Positions 29,071-40,920 are shown, counted from the stretch's first letter. The stretch: 64,000 nucleotides of DNA from Candidatus Krumholzibacteriia bacterium (GCA_041484665.1 JBGPIA010000001.1:32001-96000), one strand, 5' to 3'. A program made the numbers and translations. The notes: generated by a model not told the origin, from the sequence alone.

Positions 29071-30696
29071 GTGACCCCCTCCGACGCCGCCCGCCTGCGT
29101 TCCGATCGCTTTGAAGTCGAGATCCGCGCGCCGCTGAGCCAAGGCTGCGAGGAGATCCTCTCGCCGCCGGCTTTGCGATTCGTCGCCGACCTGGCGCGCG
29201 TCTTCTCTCCGCGCATCCACGAGCTGCTCGAGCTGCGCCGCCGGGCCCAGGCGCGCGTCGACGCTGGCGAGCGGCCGGACTTCCGCCGCGATACCGAGCA
29301 CATCCGCAACACCCCGTGGAAGGTGGCGCCGCTGCCGCCCGATCTGGTCGACCGCCGCGTCGAGATCACCGGTCCGGTCGAGCGCAAGATGATCATCAAC
29401 GCGCTCAACTCCGGCGCGAGCGTTTTCATGGCCGACTTCGAGGATTCCAATTCCCCCACCTGGGACAACTGCGTGCAGGGGCAGATCAACCTCCGCGACG
29501 CCGTCCGCGGCACGATCGAGCACGTGGCGCCGGACACCGGCAGGTGCTACCAGCTCAATGAGTCGACGGCCACGCTCATGGTACGGCCCCGCGGCCTGCA
29601 CCTGCAGGAGCTCCACCTGCTCGTGGCCGGGGAGCCGGTTCCGGCCTGCCTGTTCGACTTCGGCCTGTTCTTCTTCCACAATGCACGCACCCTGATCGAG
29701 GTCGGTACGGGCCCCTATTTCTACCTGCCCAAGCTCCAGAGCCACCTGGAAGCGCGGCTATGGAACGCCGTGTTCCTCCACGCCCAGCGCGAGCTGGGCA
29801 TCCCCGCGGGGACGATCAAGGCCACCGTGCTCATCGAGACGCTGCCCGCCGCGTTCGAGATGGACGAGATCCTCTTCGAGCTGCGCGCGCACAGCGCGGG
29901 GCTGAACTGCGGGCGCTGGGACTACACCTTCAGCTTCATCAAGACCTTCCGCGCGCACCGCGCCTTCACGATGCCGGATCGCTCGCAGGTCACGATGCAG
30001 CAGCCGTTCATGCGTGCCTATACGCAGCTCCTGGTGCGCACCTGCCACCGGCGCGGCGCGCACGCCATGGGGGGCATGGCGGCGCAGATCCCCATCAAGA
30101 ACGCGCCCAAGGAGAACGAGTCTGCCCTGGCCAAGGTGCGGGCCGACAAGCTGCGCGAGGTGGAGGACGGTCACGACGGAACCTGGGTAGCGCATCCCGG
30201 GCTGGTGCCCCTGGCCCGCGACGTCTTCGACAGCTACATGCGCAGCCCCAACCAGCTCCATCGCCTGCGCGAGGACGTCTCCGCCAGCGCGTCCGACCTG
30301 CTGCGCGTCCCGCAGGGCACGCGCACCGAGGCAGGCTTGCGCCACAACGTGAACGTTGGCGTCCAGTACCTCGAGGCCTGGCTGGGCGGCTTCGGATGCG
30401 TCCCGCTGTACAATCTCATGGAGGACACGGCCACGGCCGAGATTTCGCGCGCGCAGCTCTGGCAGTGGATCCGCCACGGCGCGCGGCTGGAGGACGGGCG
30501 GCTGGTGACGGTCGAGCTGTTCCGGCGCGTGCTCCAGGAAGAGCTGTCCCGCATCGAGTCCGCCGTCGGTCCGGCGCGCTTTGCCCGCGGGCGCTACGCG
30601 CTGGCGCGCGACGTGTTCGACCGCCTGGTGACCGCGCCCGAGTTCCAGGAGTTCCTGACCCTGCCCGCCTACGAGCACCTGCTGACATTGCAGTGA
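29071..30696 (+). CDS. aceB: Malate synthase A
   Basis: DRRVEITGP, KMIINALNSGA, MADFED, VRPRG, YLPKL, LIET, LNCGRWDY, AMGGMAAQIP, GHDGTWVAHP, LMED.ATAEISR. Confidence 0.95.
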   Translation: MTPSDAARLRSDRFEVEIRAPLSQGCEEILSPPALRFVADLARVFSPRIHELLELRRRAQARVDAGERPDFRRDTEHIRNTPWKVAPLPPDLVDRRVEITGPVERKMIINALNSGASVFMADFEDSNSPTWDNCVQGQINLRDAVRGTIEHVAPDTGRCYQLNESTATLMVRPRGLHLQELHLLVAGEPVPACLFDFGLFFFHNARTLIEVGTGPYFYLPKLQSHLEARLWNAVFLHAQRELGIPAGTIKATVLIETLPAAFEMDEILFELRAHSAGLNCGRWDYTFSFIKTFRAHRAFTMPDRSQVTMQQPFMRAYTQLLVRTCHRRGAHAMGGMAAQIPIKNAPKENESALAKVRADKLREVEDGHDGTWVAHPGLVPLARDVFDSYMRSPNQLHRLREDVSASASDLLRVPQGTRTEAGLRHNVNVGVQYLEAWLGGFGCVPLYNLMEDTATAEISRAQLWQWIRHGARLEDGRLVTVELFRRVLQEELSRIESAVGPARFARGRYALARDVFDRLVTAPEFQEFLTLPAYEHLLTLQ

Positions 30697-30811
30697 GGCC
30701 AGCGCAAGCGCCAGACCACCGATCCGCGCCCCAAAACCCATGAGTCCCCAGCACGGCGGATCGACCCAGTCCCGCGATCCGAAGGGCTGTACCGTCAACC
30801 AGGAGAGCACC

Positions 30812-32102
<1,291 letters not shown>

Positions 32103-32106
32103 ATTG

Positions 32107-32134
32107 GGCCGGCGCCTCCTGCGAGGCGCCGGCC
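32107..32134 (+). terminator. GC-rich hairpin after aceA
   Basis: GGCCGGCGCCTC-CTGC-GAGGCGCCGGCC, a perfect 12-bp stem 4 nt after the stop. No clear U-tract. Confidence 0.55.
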
Positions 32135-32272
32135 GCTCGATCTTCCTCCACCCGCCCGCGCTGCGGCCGTTCCTCTGTGACGATGGTTGCCCGCGTGCGA
32201 GGGATGGCCTAGGCTCGGCAGCGCTTTCCCCCTCGGCCCCGGCACCACCACGCCGGTCCCTCGGAGCGTGCC

Positions 32273-33598
32273 ATGCAACGGCTCGTGAGCGCTGCGCTCG
32301 CCCTGTCGCTCGCGGCGGGCGTCTGCGCCGCCGCGGGCGCGCCCGACGCCTTCGTCGGCGCGACTCTGCTCCCCATCAGCCGTCCTGCCATCGAGCACGG
32401 CATCCTGATCGTCCGCGACGGCAAGATCGTGGACGCCGGTCCGGCCGATCGCGTCGCGATCCCCAAGGACGCCACCATCCACGACGTGGCCGGCAAGGTC
32501 ATCATGCCGGGGCTCGTCGACAGCCACAGCCACATCGGCGGACCCGCCGGCGGCGACGACTCGGGTCCGATCCAGCCTGAGTGCCGCGTGCTCGACGCCG
32601 TGGATGTGCGCGACTGCGGGCTGCAGAAGGCCCAGGCGGGCGGCATCACCACGGTCAACATCATGCCCGGCAGCGGGCACCTGATGAGCGGGCAGACGCT
32701 CTATCTGAAGCTGCGCGACGCCAACACGATCGAGGGGCTGCTGCTGCGCGACAAGGACGGCCGCACGCTGGGCGGCGTGAAGATGGCCAACGGGACGAAC
32801 TCCCAGAAGGACCCGCCGTTTCCTGGGACGCGCGGCAAGTCAGCGGCGCTGGTGCGCGCCCGCTTCGTGGCCGCGCGCGAGTACCAACGCAAGATCCAGC
32901 TGGCCAAGGGCGATCCCTCCAAGCTGCCCGACCGCGATCTCGCCCTGGAGACGATGGTGGAGGTGCTGGAGGGCAAGCGCGTCGTCCACTTCCACACGCA
33001 CCGCCACGACGACATCCTCACCGTGCTGCGGCTGCAGAAGGAGTTCGGCTTCCGTGTCGTTCTGCACCACGTGAGCGAGGGCTGGAAGGTCGCCAACGAG
33101 ATCGCGGCGGCGAAGGTCCCCTGCTCGATCATCCTGCTGGACAGCCCGGGTGGGAAACCGGAGGCCGTCGACATCGACTGGCGGACCGGCAGCGTCCTGG
33201 AGAAGGCCGGGGTGCTGGTGGCCTTCCACACGGACGATCCCATCACCGACAGCCGCCTGCTCTTGCGCTCGGCGGCCTTCGCAGTGCGCGCAGGCATGTC
33301 CCGCGATGGGGCCCTGCGCGGCTTGACCATCGCCCCGGCGCAGATGCTCGACCTGCAAGACCGGATCGGCACGCTGGAGAAGGGCAAGGACGCCGACTTC
33401 GTCGTGCTGTCGGGCGACCCGCTGAGCGCCTACACGCACGTGCTGCAGACCTGGGTGGAGGGAGCGAAGGTGTTCGATCGCGACGACCCGCGCGACCGCC
33501 TGTGGGCCGTCGGCGGCTACGGCGCCAGCCACCCACAGTCGTTCACCTGGTGCTGCGCCGACGACGAGGGCAAGCACGGAGCGGAGGAGGAGCGATGA
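32273..33598 (+). CDS. Secreted amidohydrolase-family protein (metal ligands present)
   Basis: Signal peptide; MPGLVDSHSH, HTHR, LHH, FHTDDP, GTLEKGKDADFV. Confidence 0.88.
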   Translation: MQRLVSAALALSLAAGVCAAAGAPDAFVGATLLPISRPAIEHGILIVRDGKIVDAGPADRVAIPKDATIHDVAGKVIMPGLVDSHSHIGGPAGGDDSGPIQPECRVLDAVDVRDCGLQKAQAGGITTVNIMPGSGHLMSGQTLYLKLRDANTIEGLLLRDKDGRTLGGVKMANGTNSQKDPPFPGTRGKSAALVRARFVAAREYQRKIQLAKGDPSKLPDRDLALETMVEVLEGKRVVHFHTHRHDDILTVLRLQKEFGFRVVLHHVSEGWKVANEIAAAKVPCSIILLDSPGGKPEAVDIDWRTGSVLEKAGVLVAFHTDDPITDSRLLLRSAAFAVRAGMSRDGALRGLTIAPAQMLDLQDRIGTLEKGKDADFVVLSGDPLSAYTHVLQTWVEGAKVFDRDDPRDRLWAVGGYGASHPQSFTWCCADDEGKHGAEEER

Positions 33599-34929
33599 GC
33601 GCGATCACGGGGCGGGGGCCGGGGGCACCCAGGGCCGCGGCTGCCGCCGCGCCGGCCGGCGCGGCCACAACACCGGCCGCCGGCACCGCGGCCGCCGCGC
33701 TGCTCGCCGCCGCGGTGTTGGTCGCCATCGTGCTGGGCGCCACGCCCGTCGTGCGGGCGCAGGTTGCCGTGCGCGCGGCCACCGTGCACACCATGGCCGG
33801 GCCGCCGATCCAGGACGGCGTGGTGATCGTGCGCGACGGCCGGATCGCCGCAGTCGGTACAGCGGCGCAGACTCCCATCCCGGAGGGCTTTCGCGTCCTG
33901 CGCGCAGCGGTGGTCACTCCGGGTCTGATCGACGCCCACACGGTGGCCGGACTGTCGGGCCAGCTCAACGTGCCGCCCGATCAGGACCAGCTCGAGCCCG
34001 GCGATCCCATCCAGCCGGAGTTGCGCGCCATCGACGGCTTCAACATCCACGAACGACTCGTGGAGTGGCTACTGGGCTTGGGCGTGACGACGATCCACAC
34101 CGGCTACGGCCCGGGCGCGGTGGTGTCGGGGCAGACGATGGTGGTCAAGACCTACGGCCGCAGCGTGGAGGATGCCGTACTGCTCCCGATGGCCATGGTC
34201 GCGGCGACCCTGGGTGCCGGAGCCACCACCAGCACCCCCGGAAAATCGCCCGGCACCCGCAGCAAGGCCATCGCGCTGTTGCGCATCGAGTTGATCAAGG
34301 CGCGCGAGTACGTCCAGAAGCGCGCCCTGGCCGACGAGAGCAAGCGGCCGGGAACCGACCTGCGTCTGGAGGTACTCGCCCAGGTGCTGCACAAGGAGCT
34401 CCCGCTGCTGGTCACCGTGCACCGCCATCAGGACATCCTGAGCGCGTTGCGCCTGGCCCGGGAGTTCGATCTAAAGCTGGTGCTCGACGGCGTGGCAGAG
34501 GCACCGCTCGTGCTCGAGGAGATCAAGGCCAGCGGCGTTGCGGTGATCGTGCATCCGACGATGTACCGCGCCGGCAGCCCGCGCGGGGGCAGCGAGACCG
34601 AGAATCTCAGCTTTGAGACCGCCGGCAAGCTGCGCGCGGCGGGCGTAACCATCGCGCTGCAGAGCGGCTACGAAGCGTACGTGCCCAAGACGCGCGTCGT
34701 GCTGCTGGAGGCGGCCGTGGCAGCGGCCAATGGGCTGGCCTGGCAGGATGCGCTGGCCGCGATCACGATCGATGCGGCGCGTGTGATCGGCGTGGCCGAC
34801 CGCGTTGGATCCCTCGAGGTGGGCAAGGATGGCGACCTGGCCCTATTCGACGGAGACCCCTTCGAGTACACGACCCACTGCGTGGGCGTGGTCGTGCGCG
34901 GCGTGGTCGCCAGCGACAAGACGATGTGA
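33595..34929 (+). CDS. Second secreted amidohydrolase-fold protein (several metal ligands substituted)
   Basis: ATGA overlap with the previous gene; signal-like segment; TPGLIDAHTV, GSLEVGKDGDL. Confidence 0.85.
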   Translation: MSAITGRGPGAPRAAAAAAPAGAATTPAAGTAAAALLAAAVLVAIVLGATPVVRAQVAVRAATVHTMAGPPIQDGVVIVRDGRIAAVGTAAQTPIPEGFRVLRAAVVTPGLIDAHTVAGLSGQLNVPPDQDQLEPGDPIQPELRAIDGFNIHERLVEWLLGLGVTTIHTGYGPGAVVSGQTMVVKTYGRSVEDAVLLPMAMVAATLGAGATTSTPGKSPGTRSKAIALLRIELIKAREYVQKRALADESKRPGTDLRLEVLAQVLHKELPLLVTVHRHQDILSALRLAREFDLKLVLDGVAEAPLVLEEIKASGVAVIVHPTMYRAGSPRGGSETENLSFETAGKLRAAGVTIALQSGYEAYVPKTRVVLLEAAVAAANGLAWQDALAAITIDAARVIGVADRVGSLEVGKDGDLALFDGDPFEYTTHCVGVVVRGVVASDKTM

Positions 34930-34959
34930 GCGCGGCGGGCCCCGGGCGCCCGCCTCGGC

Positions 34960-35958
34960 ATGGACACCCCGCACCCGCACCCCATCACGGTAACGCCCCT
35001 GGACCAGGGGCTGCGCCTGGACCAGCTGTTGCTGCGCCACCTCGCCTGCTACTCCCGGGGGCAGATCAAGGCGCTGCTGCGCGAGGGCCAGGTCGAGCTG
35101 AACGGCCGGCGGGTTACGAGCGGCTTGCGGGTAGCGGCCGGCGATCGGGTGGTGGTCCGCTCGCCCCAGGCCCTGGCAGCTGGAACGGGGCCGCTGCCCG
35201 ACGACGCGCTCCCGCTGACCGTCCTGTTCGAGGACGAGGCGCTGCTCATCGTCGACAAGCCGACCGGCATGCCCGTGCATCCGCTGCGCCCCGACGAAGG
35301 CGGCACCCTGGTCAACGCCCTGGTGGCGCGTTACCCCGAGCTGTCGGGCTTTGGCTACCACCCTCTGCAGCCAGGGCTGCTGCACCGCCTCGACAACGAC
35401 ACCTCGGGGATCCTGGTGGTCGCGCGCCGCGCCGACGTCTTCGAGGCGCTGCGCCAGCAGTTCCGCGGCCAGAGCGTCCTGAAGTGCTACCTGGCGCTGG
35501 TCGAGGGCGCCGTGGAGCGCGACGGCGCGGTCGAGCAGCCGATCGGCCACGATCGCTGCGACCGTCGCAAGATGCTGGTGATCGACCCCACCGACTCGCC
35601 CCCGGAGCTGCGCCGGCGCGCGCGGCCGGCGCGCACGCTCTATCGGGTCGCACAGCGGCTGCCGGCGCACACGCTGCTCGCGGTCTCGCTGCGGCAGGGC
35701 ATGCGCCACCAGATCCGCGCGCACCTGGCATGGCTGGGCCACCCCATCGCCGGCGACGCACTCTACGGCGCGCGTACCGTCCAGCCCGTTGCGGGGCTGC
35801 CCGCCCGGTACTTCCTCCACGCTTGCCGGATCGAGTTGGCCCACCCCGTGCGAGGCGGACTGCTGAGCGCCGATGCGCCGCTCCCGCCGGAGTTGCATGC
35901 CTGGCTGGACCGCCTGCGTGAGGCACCGCTGCTTCCGGGCACGGCGGCCGCGCCGTGA
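34960..35958 (+). CDS. RluA/RluD-family pseudouridine synthase with S4 domain
   Basis: RLDQLL S4 domain, VDKPTGMPVHP, HRLDNDTSG, HQIRAHLA..GHPIAGDALYG. Confidence 0.92.
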   Translation: MDTPHPHPITVTPLDQGLRLDQLLLRHLACYSRGQIKALLREGQVELNGRRVTSGLRVAAGDRVVVRSPQALAAGTGPLPDDALPLTVLFEDEALLIVDKPTGMPVHPLRPDEGGTLVNALVARYPELSGFGYHPLQPGLLHRLDNDTSGILVVARRADVFEALRQQFRGQSVLKCYLALVEGAVERDGAVEQPIGHDRCDRRKMLVIDPTDSPPELRRRARPARTLYRVAQRLPAHTLLAVSLRQGMRHQIRAHLAWLGHPIAGDALYGARTVQPVAGLPARYFLHACRIELAHPVRGGLLSADAPLPPELHAWLDRLREAPLLPGTAAAP

Positions 35959-36109
35959 GGCGACGCGGTCGGTCCAGTGCGCGTCCGCGCGCGCTAGCCG
36001 CGGCGTGCTCGTCCCGGCCGCTGGGCCGCTCGCCCCGGTCGCGGGAGTGCGCAACTTCGCCGCCCCCGCCTGCGTCTACTCTGCGTCCGCACCTTTCAGG
36101 GAGGTGTCC

Positions 36110-37048
36110 ATGCTGGCCGTCGCCGACCTCGTGAAGGTCTACCCCGGCCCGGTGGCCGCATTGCAGGGCATCAGCCTGGAGGTCCCCAAGGGAATGTTCG
36201 GCCTGCTGGGGCCCAACGGTGCCGGCAAGTCCACCTTCATGCGGATCCTCGCCGGGCTGTTGGAGCCGACCTCCGGCAGCGTGAGGCTGGACGGTGTCGA
36301 CGTGCTGGGGAATCCGCTGCGGCTGTGGAGCCAGCTCGGCTATCTGCCGCAGGAGTTCGGCTTCTACCCCCACCTCTCAGGGCAGTCGATGCTGGAGTAC
36401 CTGCTCAAGCTCAAGGGCGTCGATGCGCCGGCCGGCCGCAAGGCGCTCGCCGCGCAGCTGCTGGAGCGCGTCAATCTCTCCTTCGCCGCGCGGCGCAGAC
36501 TGAAGAGCTACTCGGGGGGCATGCGGCAGCGCCTGGGGATCGCCCAGGCGATCGCGGGCGATCCGCGCCTCATTATCGTAGACGAACCGACGGCGGGGCT
36601 GGACCCCGAGGAGCGCCTGCGCCTCTACCGCATCCTGGCCGAGCTTGCGGAGGACCGCACAGTCCTGCTCTCGACGCACATCGTCGAGGACGTGGCGGTG
36701 CTGTGCCCCCGCTTCGCCGTGATCCGCAATGGCAAGCTGCTGGCGGTCACCAGCCCCAGCGAAGCCCGCGCCGGTCTGGAGGGCACCATCTACGAGGGGC
36801 AGGTGGGTGCCGGCGACCTCGACGAGTTGCGCGCCACGCGCCGCGTCACCCAGGCCATCCTGGTCGAAGGTCGCAACCGCGTCCGCATCCACGAGCAGGA
36901 CGGCAGCCCGCCGGCCGGCTTCACGTGCGTCGCGCCCACCCTGGAGGACGCCTATCTGCTCTTGATGCGCGAGGCGCAAGCGCGCGAAGGGACCGCGGCC
37001 CGTGCCGCCCCGCCCTCGGCGGTCGCCGCCGGGCAGGGGACGCCATGA
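36110..37048 (+). CDS. ABC transporter ATP-binding protein
   Basis: GPNGAGKST, YSGGMRQR, IIVDEPTAGLDP, LSTH; ATG at 36110 after GGAGG. Confidence 0.95.
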   Translation: MLAVADLVKVYPGPVAALQGISLEVPKGMFGLLGPNGAGKSTFMRILAGLLEPTSGSVRLDGVDVLGNPLRLWSQLGYLPQEFGFYPHLSGQSMLEYLLKLKGVDAPAGRKALAAQLLERVNLSFAARRRLKSYSGGMRQRLGIAQAIAGDPRLIIVDEPTAGLDPEERLRLYRILAELAEDRTVLLSTHIVEDVAVLCPRFAVIRNGKLLAVTSPSEARAGLEGTIYEGQVGAGDLDELRATRRVTQAILVEGRNRVRIHEQDGSPPAGFTCVAPTLEDAYLLLMREAQAREGTAARAAPPSAVAAGQGTP

Positions 37049-40000
37049 GCCTGGCGCGCATGCTGATGGTCGCGCGCGAGGACCTCAAGGAGCTGCGCGG
37101 GCGCCCGTTGTTGTGGATCTGGCTCTTCATCCTGGGCCTGACCGCCTTCGGGCTCTCCCACGGCGAGGTGCGCATCTCGTCGGGCGACGCCGCCGTCGGA
37201 GGGACGAAGGCCTGGATCACCTCCGAGTTCGCCCAGGGCCAGACCTTCGCCATGGTGGGGCTCTTGCTCTACGCGTTCTTCGTGTCGGTGCTCGCGGGCA
37301 TGGCGGTCATCCGCGACGACGAGCTCAAGGTGGGAGAGGTCCTGCACGCGACGCCGCTGTTGCCCGGCGAGTACGTATGGGGCAAGTACCTCGCGACGCT
37401 CGTGGGGTCGTTCGCCGTGCTGGCAGCACACCTGGCCGTCACGATGCTCATCTACCAGCTGCTGCCGCTGGACAACGCCGACGAGCTGCGCGGTCCCTTC
37501 GCGCTGGCGCACTACGTCCGGCCGGCCCTCATCTTCGCCGTTCCGTTGATCCTGGTGGTCTCCGGCGCGGCGTTCCTGGTGGGTACATGGTCCCGCCGCC
37601 CGCTGCTGGTGTTCGTCCTGCCCGTGGCACTGCTCTTGTTCGGGGCGATGTTCCTATGGAACTGGTCGCCGTCGTGGCTGGATCCGCGGATCAATCGCCT
37701 CCTGATGCTGATCGAGCCCGCAGGATTCCGGTGGCTCAACGAGACGTGGCTCAAGGTGGACCAGGGGGTGGACTTCTACAACAAGTCGCCGATCCCCCTC
37801 GACTCCGGCTTCATCGTCAGCCGCGGCATCCTGGGGGTGCTGGCGCTCTCGTGCGTCGCCATCGCGCAGCGGCACTTTCAACGCACCTTGCGCGGAGTGC
37901 ACGCAGTGCGCGCCGCGGGGCGTGCGCGGCAGGCGCCGGGTGCGGCGCGTCTCGCGCGCCTTAGGTGGCCGGCGGGCCTGATGCGGCCGCGCGCCAGGCG
38001 CCCTGCGTCGGACACCGCGGGGCCAGGCACCGGCTACGTCGCGGGATCGCTGCGCGCACTGCGGATGCAAAGCCACGCACCCGGCCTGATCACCGGGATC
38101 GTGGATGTGGCCCGCTTCGAGCTCAAGGAGCTGGGCAGCAGCCCGGGCCTTTACCTCTTCGTCCCCATCATTCTGCTGCAAATCCTGGGTACCAGCCTGC
38201 TGGCGCTGGGTGCCTTCGACACGCCGGTGCTCATCACTTCGGGGACCGCCGCGGTGCGCTCCATGAATACGATCGCGCTGTTGGTGGCGTTCCTGCTGCT
38301 GTTCTACACGGTGGAGTCGCTGCAACGCGAGTGGTCCACCGGGCTGGCCCCCATCTACCACACCACCGCGGCGCGCACGGCCTCGATGCTGTTCGGCAAG
38401 GCGGTGGCCAACACTCTCGTGGGGGTGGTGATCGTCTTCGCGACCTTCCTCGGCTGCGCGGTCGCGATCCTGATCCAGGGCAAGGTCGCGGTGCAGCCCG
38501 GGCCGTTCCTGCTGGTGTGGGGCCTGCTGCTGATCCCCACCTTCCTGGTGTGGAGCTCGTTCGTCGGCGCGGTGTTCGCCCTCACGCGCAACCGCTACAC
38601 GGCCTACGGAATCGGCCTGGGCGCGCTGGCGCTCACCGGCTACCTCCAGACGACCGGACGCATGAGCTGGGCCGGCAATTGGGACCTGTGGGGTACGCTG
38701 TTGTGGAGCGACATGGGGCCGCTACAGCTGGACCGCCCAGCTCTGGCGTGGAACCGCGTGCTGGCCCTGGCGCTGACGGTGCTGTTCACCGCGATCACAG
38801 TGCGCGCTTTTCCGCGGCGCGAGGAGGATGCGACGCGCATCGTGCACCGCATCGCCCCTGGCCGCGCCGCGCGCTCAGCCCTGCGGCTGTTGCCGTACGC
38901 CGTCGTGCCCCTGGTGGCGATCGTCGTGCTGGTCGTGCAGGTACGCTCGGGCTTCCAGGGCCCCGCGGTGCGCAAGAAGGAGCACGACTACTGGAAGCAG
39001 AACCTGGCGACCTGGAAGGACGCTCCGCTGCCGGCGGTGCGGTTCGCGGAGATCGACCTGCAACTCGAGCCGCGGCGGCACTGGTTCAAGGTCAGTGGCG
39101 CGTACCACGTCTGGAACCATCGCGACGCGCTGCTGCGCAGTGTGCCGCTGACAGGCGGGCTGCACTGGGAGAGCGTGAGCTGGACCCTGGATGGCGCGGA
39201 CTACACACCGGAGGACCGCACGCACCTCTACGTGTTCACTCCGCCAAGGCCTCTGGCCCACGGCGACAGCTTGACCATCGGATTCTCCTACGAGGGCCGC
39301 GTCCCGCGCGGCGCCACTCGCAACGGTGGCGGTCTGCCCGAGTTCATCCTGCCCTCGGGGGTGGTGCTCACAAGCTTCCGCCCGACGTTCGTGCCGCTGT
39401 TGGGCTACGACGAGGAGGTCGGGATCGAGGAGAAGAAGAACCGCTACGAGCCCAAGGTCTACCCGGACGACTTCTACCAGGCGGTGCTGGAGCCGGCATT
39501 CGGCAGCCAGATCCCCATGCGCACGCGCATCCGCATCAGCGGACCGGCGGAGTACGCATACAACTCCGTCGGGACGCTCACCCACGAGGAGGTGAGCGGC
39601 GGCCGGCGCACCGTCGTCTGGGAGAGCGACCACCCAGTGCGCTTCTTCAATGTTGTGGCCGGAAGGTGGAAGACGCGGGTGGGCAACGGCACGCGCATCT
39701 GCTACGACCCCAGGCATGCCTACAACGTCGAGGAGATGTCCCGCGCACTCGACGCCGCGCGCCTGTACTACTCCCGGTGGTTCCGCCCGTACCCCTGGCA
39801 GGAGCTGAAGCTGAGCGAGTTCCCGGCGCTGGCGTTCTACGCGCAGGGCTTCCCCACCAACATCACCTTCTCCGAGGGCATCGGGTTCCTCACCAAGAGT
39901 GATCCGCGCACGGAGCTAGCGTTCCTCGTCACCGCCCACGAGTCGGCGCACCAGTGGTGGGGCAACCTGCTCACGCCGGGGAAGGGGCCCGGAGGCGACA

Positions 40001-40920
40001 TCCTCTCGGAGGGGATGTCCCACTTCTCCACACTGCTCCTCATGCAGCAGGTGCTCGGGGAGCGCGAGCGCATCGAAATGTGCAAGCGCATCGAGGAGCG
40101 CTATGGCGACCGCCGCCAAGCCGACTCGGAGCGGCCACTGGTGAAGATCGACGGCTCGCGCCCAGGCGACGTGACCGTCACCTATGACAAGGGTGGCTGG
40201 GTGATGTGGATGCTCGACCGGCTCATGGGCCGCGACGCGATGCTGGCGGGTCTGCAGGAGTTCATGACACGCTTCAGCGACGGTCCCGACTATCCCGTGC
40301 TGCAAGACCTGGTCGCGACCTTGCGCCCCCACGCGCCGGATCCCGCGGCGTACGACGCGTTCGTGCAGCAGTGGTTCTTCCAGGTGGTGGTCCCCGAGTA
40401 CCGGATCACGCAGGCGGGGCGCACGAAGCTCGCCGCCCATGATGCGGGCGCGGCTACGCAGGGTCCGCTCTGGGAGGTCACCGCCCGGGTCAAGAACCGC
40501 GGCACGGGCGCGATGCCCGTGCAGATCGCCGCCACCCGGGGCGAGCGCTTTCCCAAGCCTGCAGCCGCGCGCGCGCGGCAGGAGCCCGCGCCGAGTGCGC
40601 CGCCAGCGCAGGGAGCGCAGCCAGGAAGCGGGGAACAGCCGGTGCCTGCGACACTCCCGGCGTCGGGCGTGAGCACCGCCGGAGTCGGCGCGGCGCCCGG
40701 TGCGCCACCTGCGGAGCCGCCCAAAGCCGCGCGCATCGGCCTCACCACCTCCGGTTCCCCAGCAGAGCCCTTCGCCGAACAGCGCGCCACCGTCACGCTC
40801 GGTCCGGGAGAGGAGCAGGAGATCGTCCTGCGCTGCGCCTTCGAGCCGCAGCAGTTGGTCGTCGACCCGGATGCGCTGGTGCTGCAGCTCAAGCGGAAAT
40901 CGGCGGTGCACCGCTTCTAG
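37045..40920 (+). CDS. ABC-2-type permease (two membrane halves) fused to an M1/gluzincin metallopeptidase
   Basis: Two blocks of TM helices followed by AQGFP, HESAHQWWG (HExxH), LSEG and YDKG motifs; ATGA overlap with the ATPase. Confidence 0.88.
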   Translation: MSLARMLMVAREDLKELRGRPLLWIWLFILGLTAFGLSHGEVRISSGDAAVGGTKAWITSEFAQGQTFAMVGLLLYAFFVSVLAGMAVIRDDELKVGEVLHATPLLPGEYVWGKYLATLVGSFAVLAAHLAVTMLIYQLLPLDNADELRGPFALAHYVRPALIFAVPLILVVSGAAFLVGTWSRRPLLVFVLPVALLLFGAMFLWNWSPSWLDPRINRLLMLIEPAGFRWLNETWLKVDQGVDFYNKSPIPLDSGFIVSRGILGVLALSCVAIAQRHFQRTLRGVHAVRAAGRARQAPGAARLARLRWPAGLMRPRARRPASDTAGPGTGYVAGSLRALRMQSHAPGLITGIVDVARFELKELGSSPGLYLFVPIILLQILGTSLLALGAFDTPVLITSGTAAVRSMNTIALLVAFLLLFYTVESLQREWSTGLAPIYHTTAARTASMLFGKAVANTLVGVVIVFATFLGCAVAILIQGKVAVQPGPFLLVWGLLLIPTFLVWSSFVGAVFALTRNRYTAYGIGLGALALTGYLQTTGRMSWAGNWDLWGTLLWSDMGPLQLDRPALAWNRVLALALTVLFTAITVRAFPRREEDATRIVHRIAPGRAARSALRLLPYAVVPLVAIVVLVVQVRSGFQGPAVRKKEHDYWKQNLATWKDAPLPAVRFAEIDLQLEPRRHWFKVSGAYHVWNHRDALLRSVPLTGGLHWESVSWTLDGADYTPEDRTHLYVFTPPRPLAHGDSLTIGFSYEGRVPRGATRNGGGLPEFILPSGVVLTSFRPTFVPLLGYDEEVGIEEKKNRYEPKVYPDDFYQAVLEPAFGSQIPMRTRIRISGPAEYAYNSVGTLTHEEVSGGRRTVVWESDHPVRFFNVVAGRWKTRVGNGTRICYDPRHAYNVEEMSRALDAARLYYSRWFRPYPWQELKLSEFPALAFYAQGFPTNITFSEGIGFLTKSDPRTELAFLVTAHESAHQWWGNLLTPGKGPGGDILSEGMSHFSTLLLMQQVLGERERIEMCKRIEERYGDRRQADSERPLVKIDGSRPGDVTVTYDKGGWVMWMLDRLMGRDAMLAGLQEFMTRFSDGPDYPVLQDLVATLRPHAPDPAAYDAFVQQWFFQVVVPEYRITQAGRTKLAAHDAGAATQGPLWEVTARVKNRGTGAMPVQIAATRGERFPKPAAARARQEPAPSAPPAQGAQPGSGEQPVPATLPASGVSTAGVGAAPGAPPAEPPKAARIGLTTSGSPAEPFAEQRATVTLGPGEEQEIVLRCAFEPQQLVVDPDALVLQLKRKSAVHRF

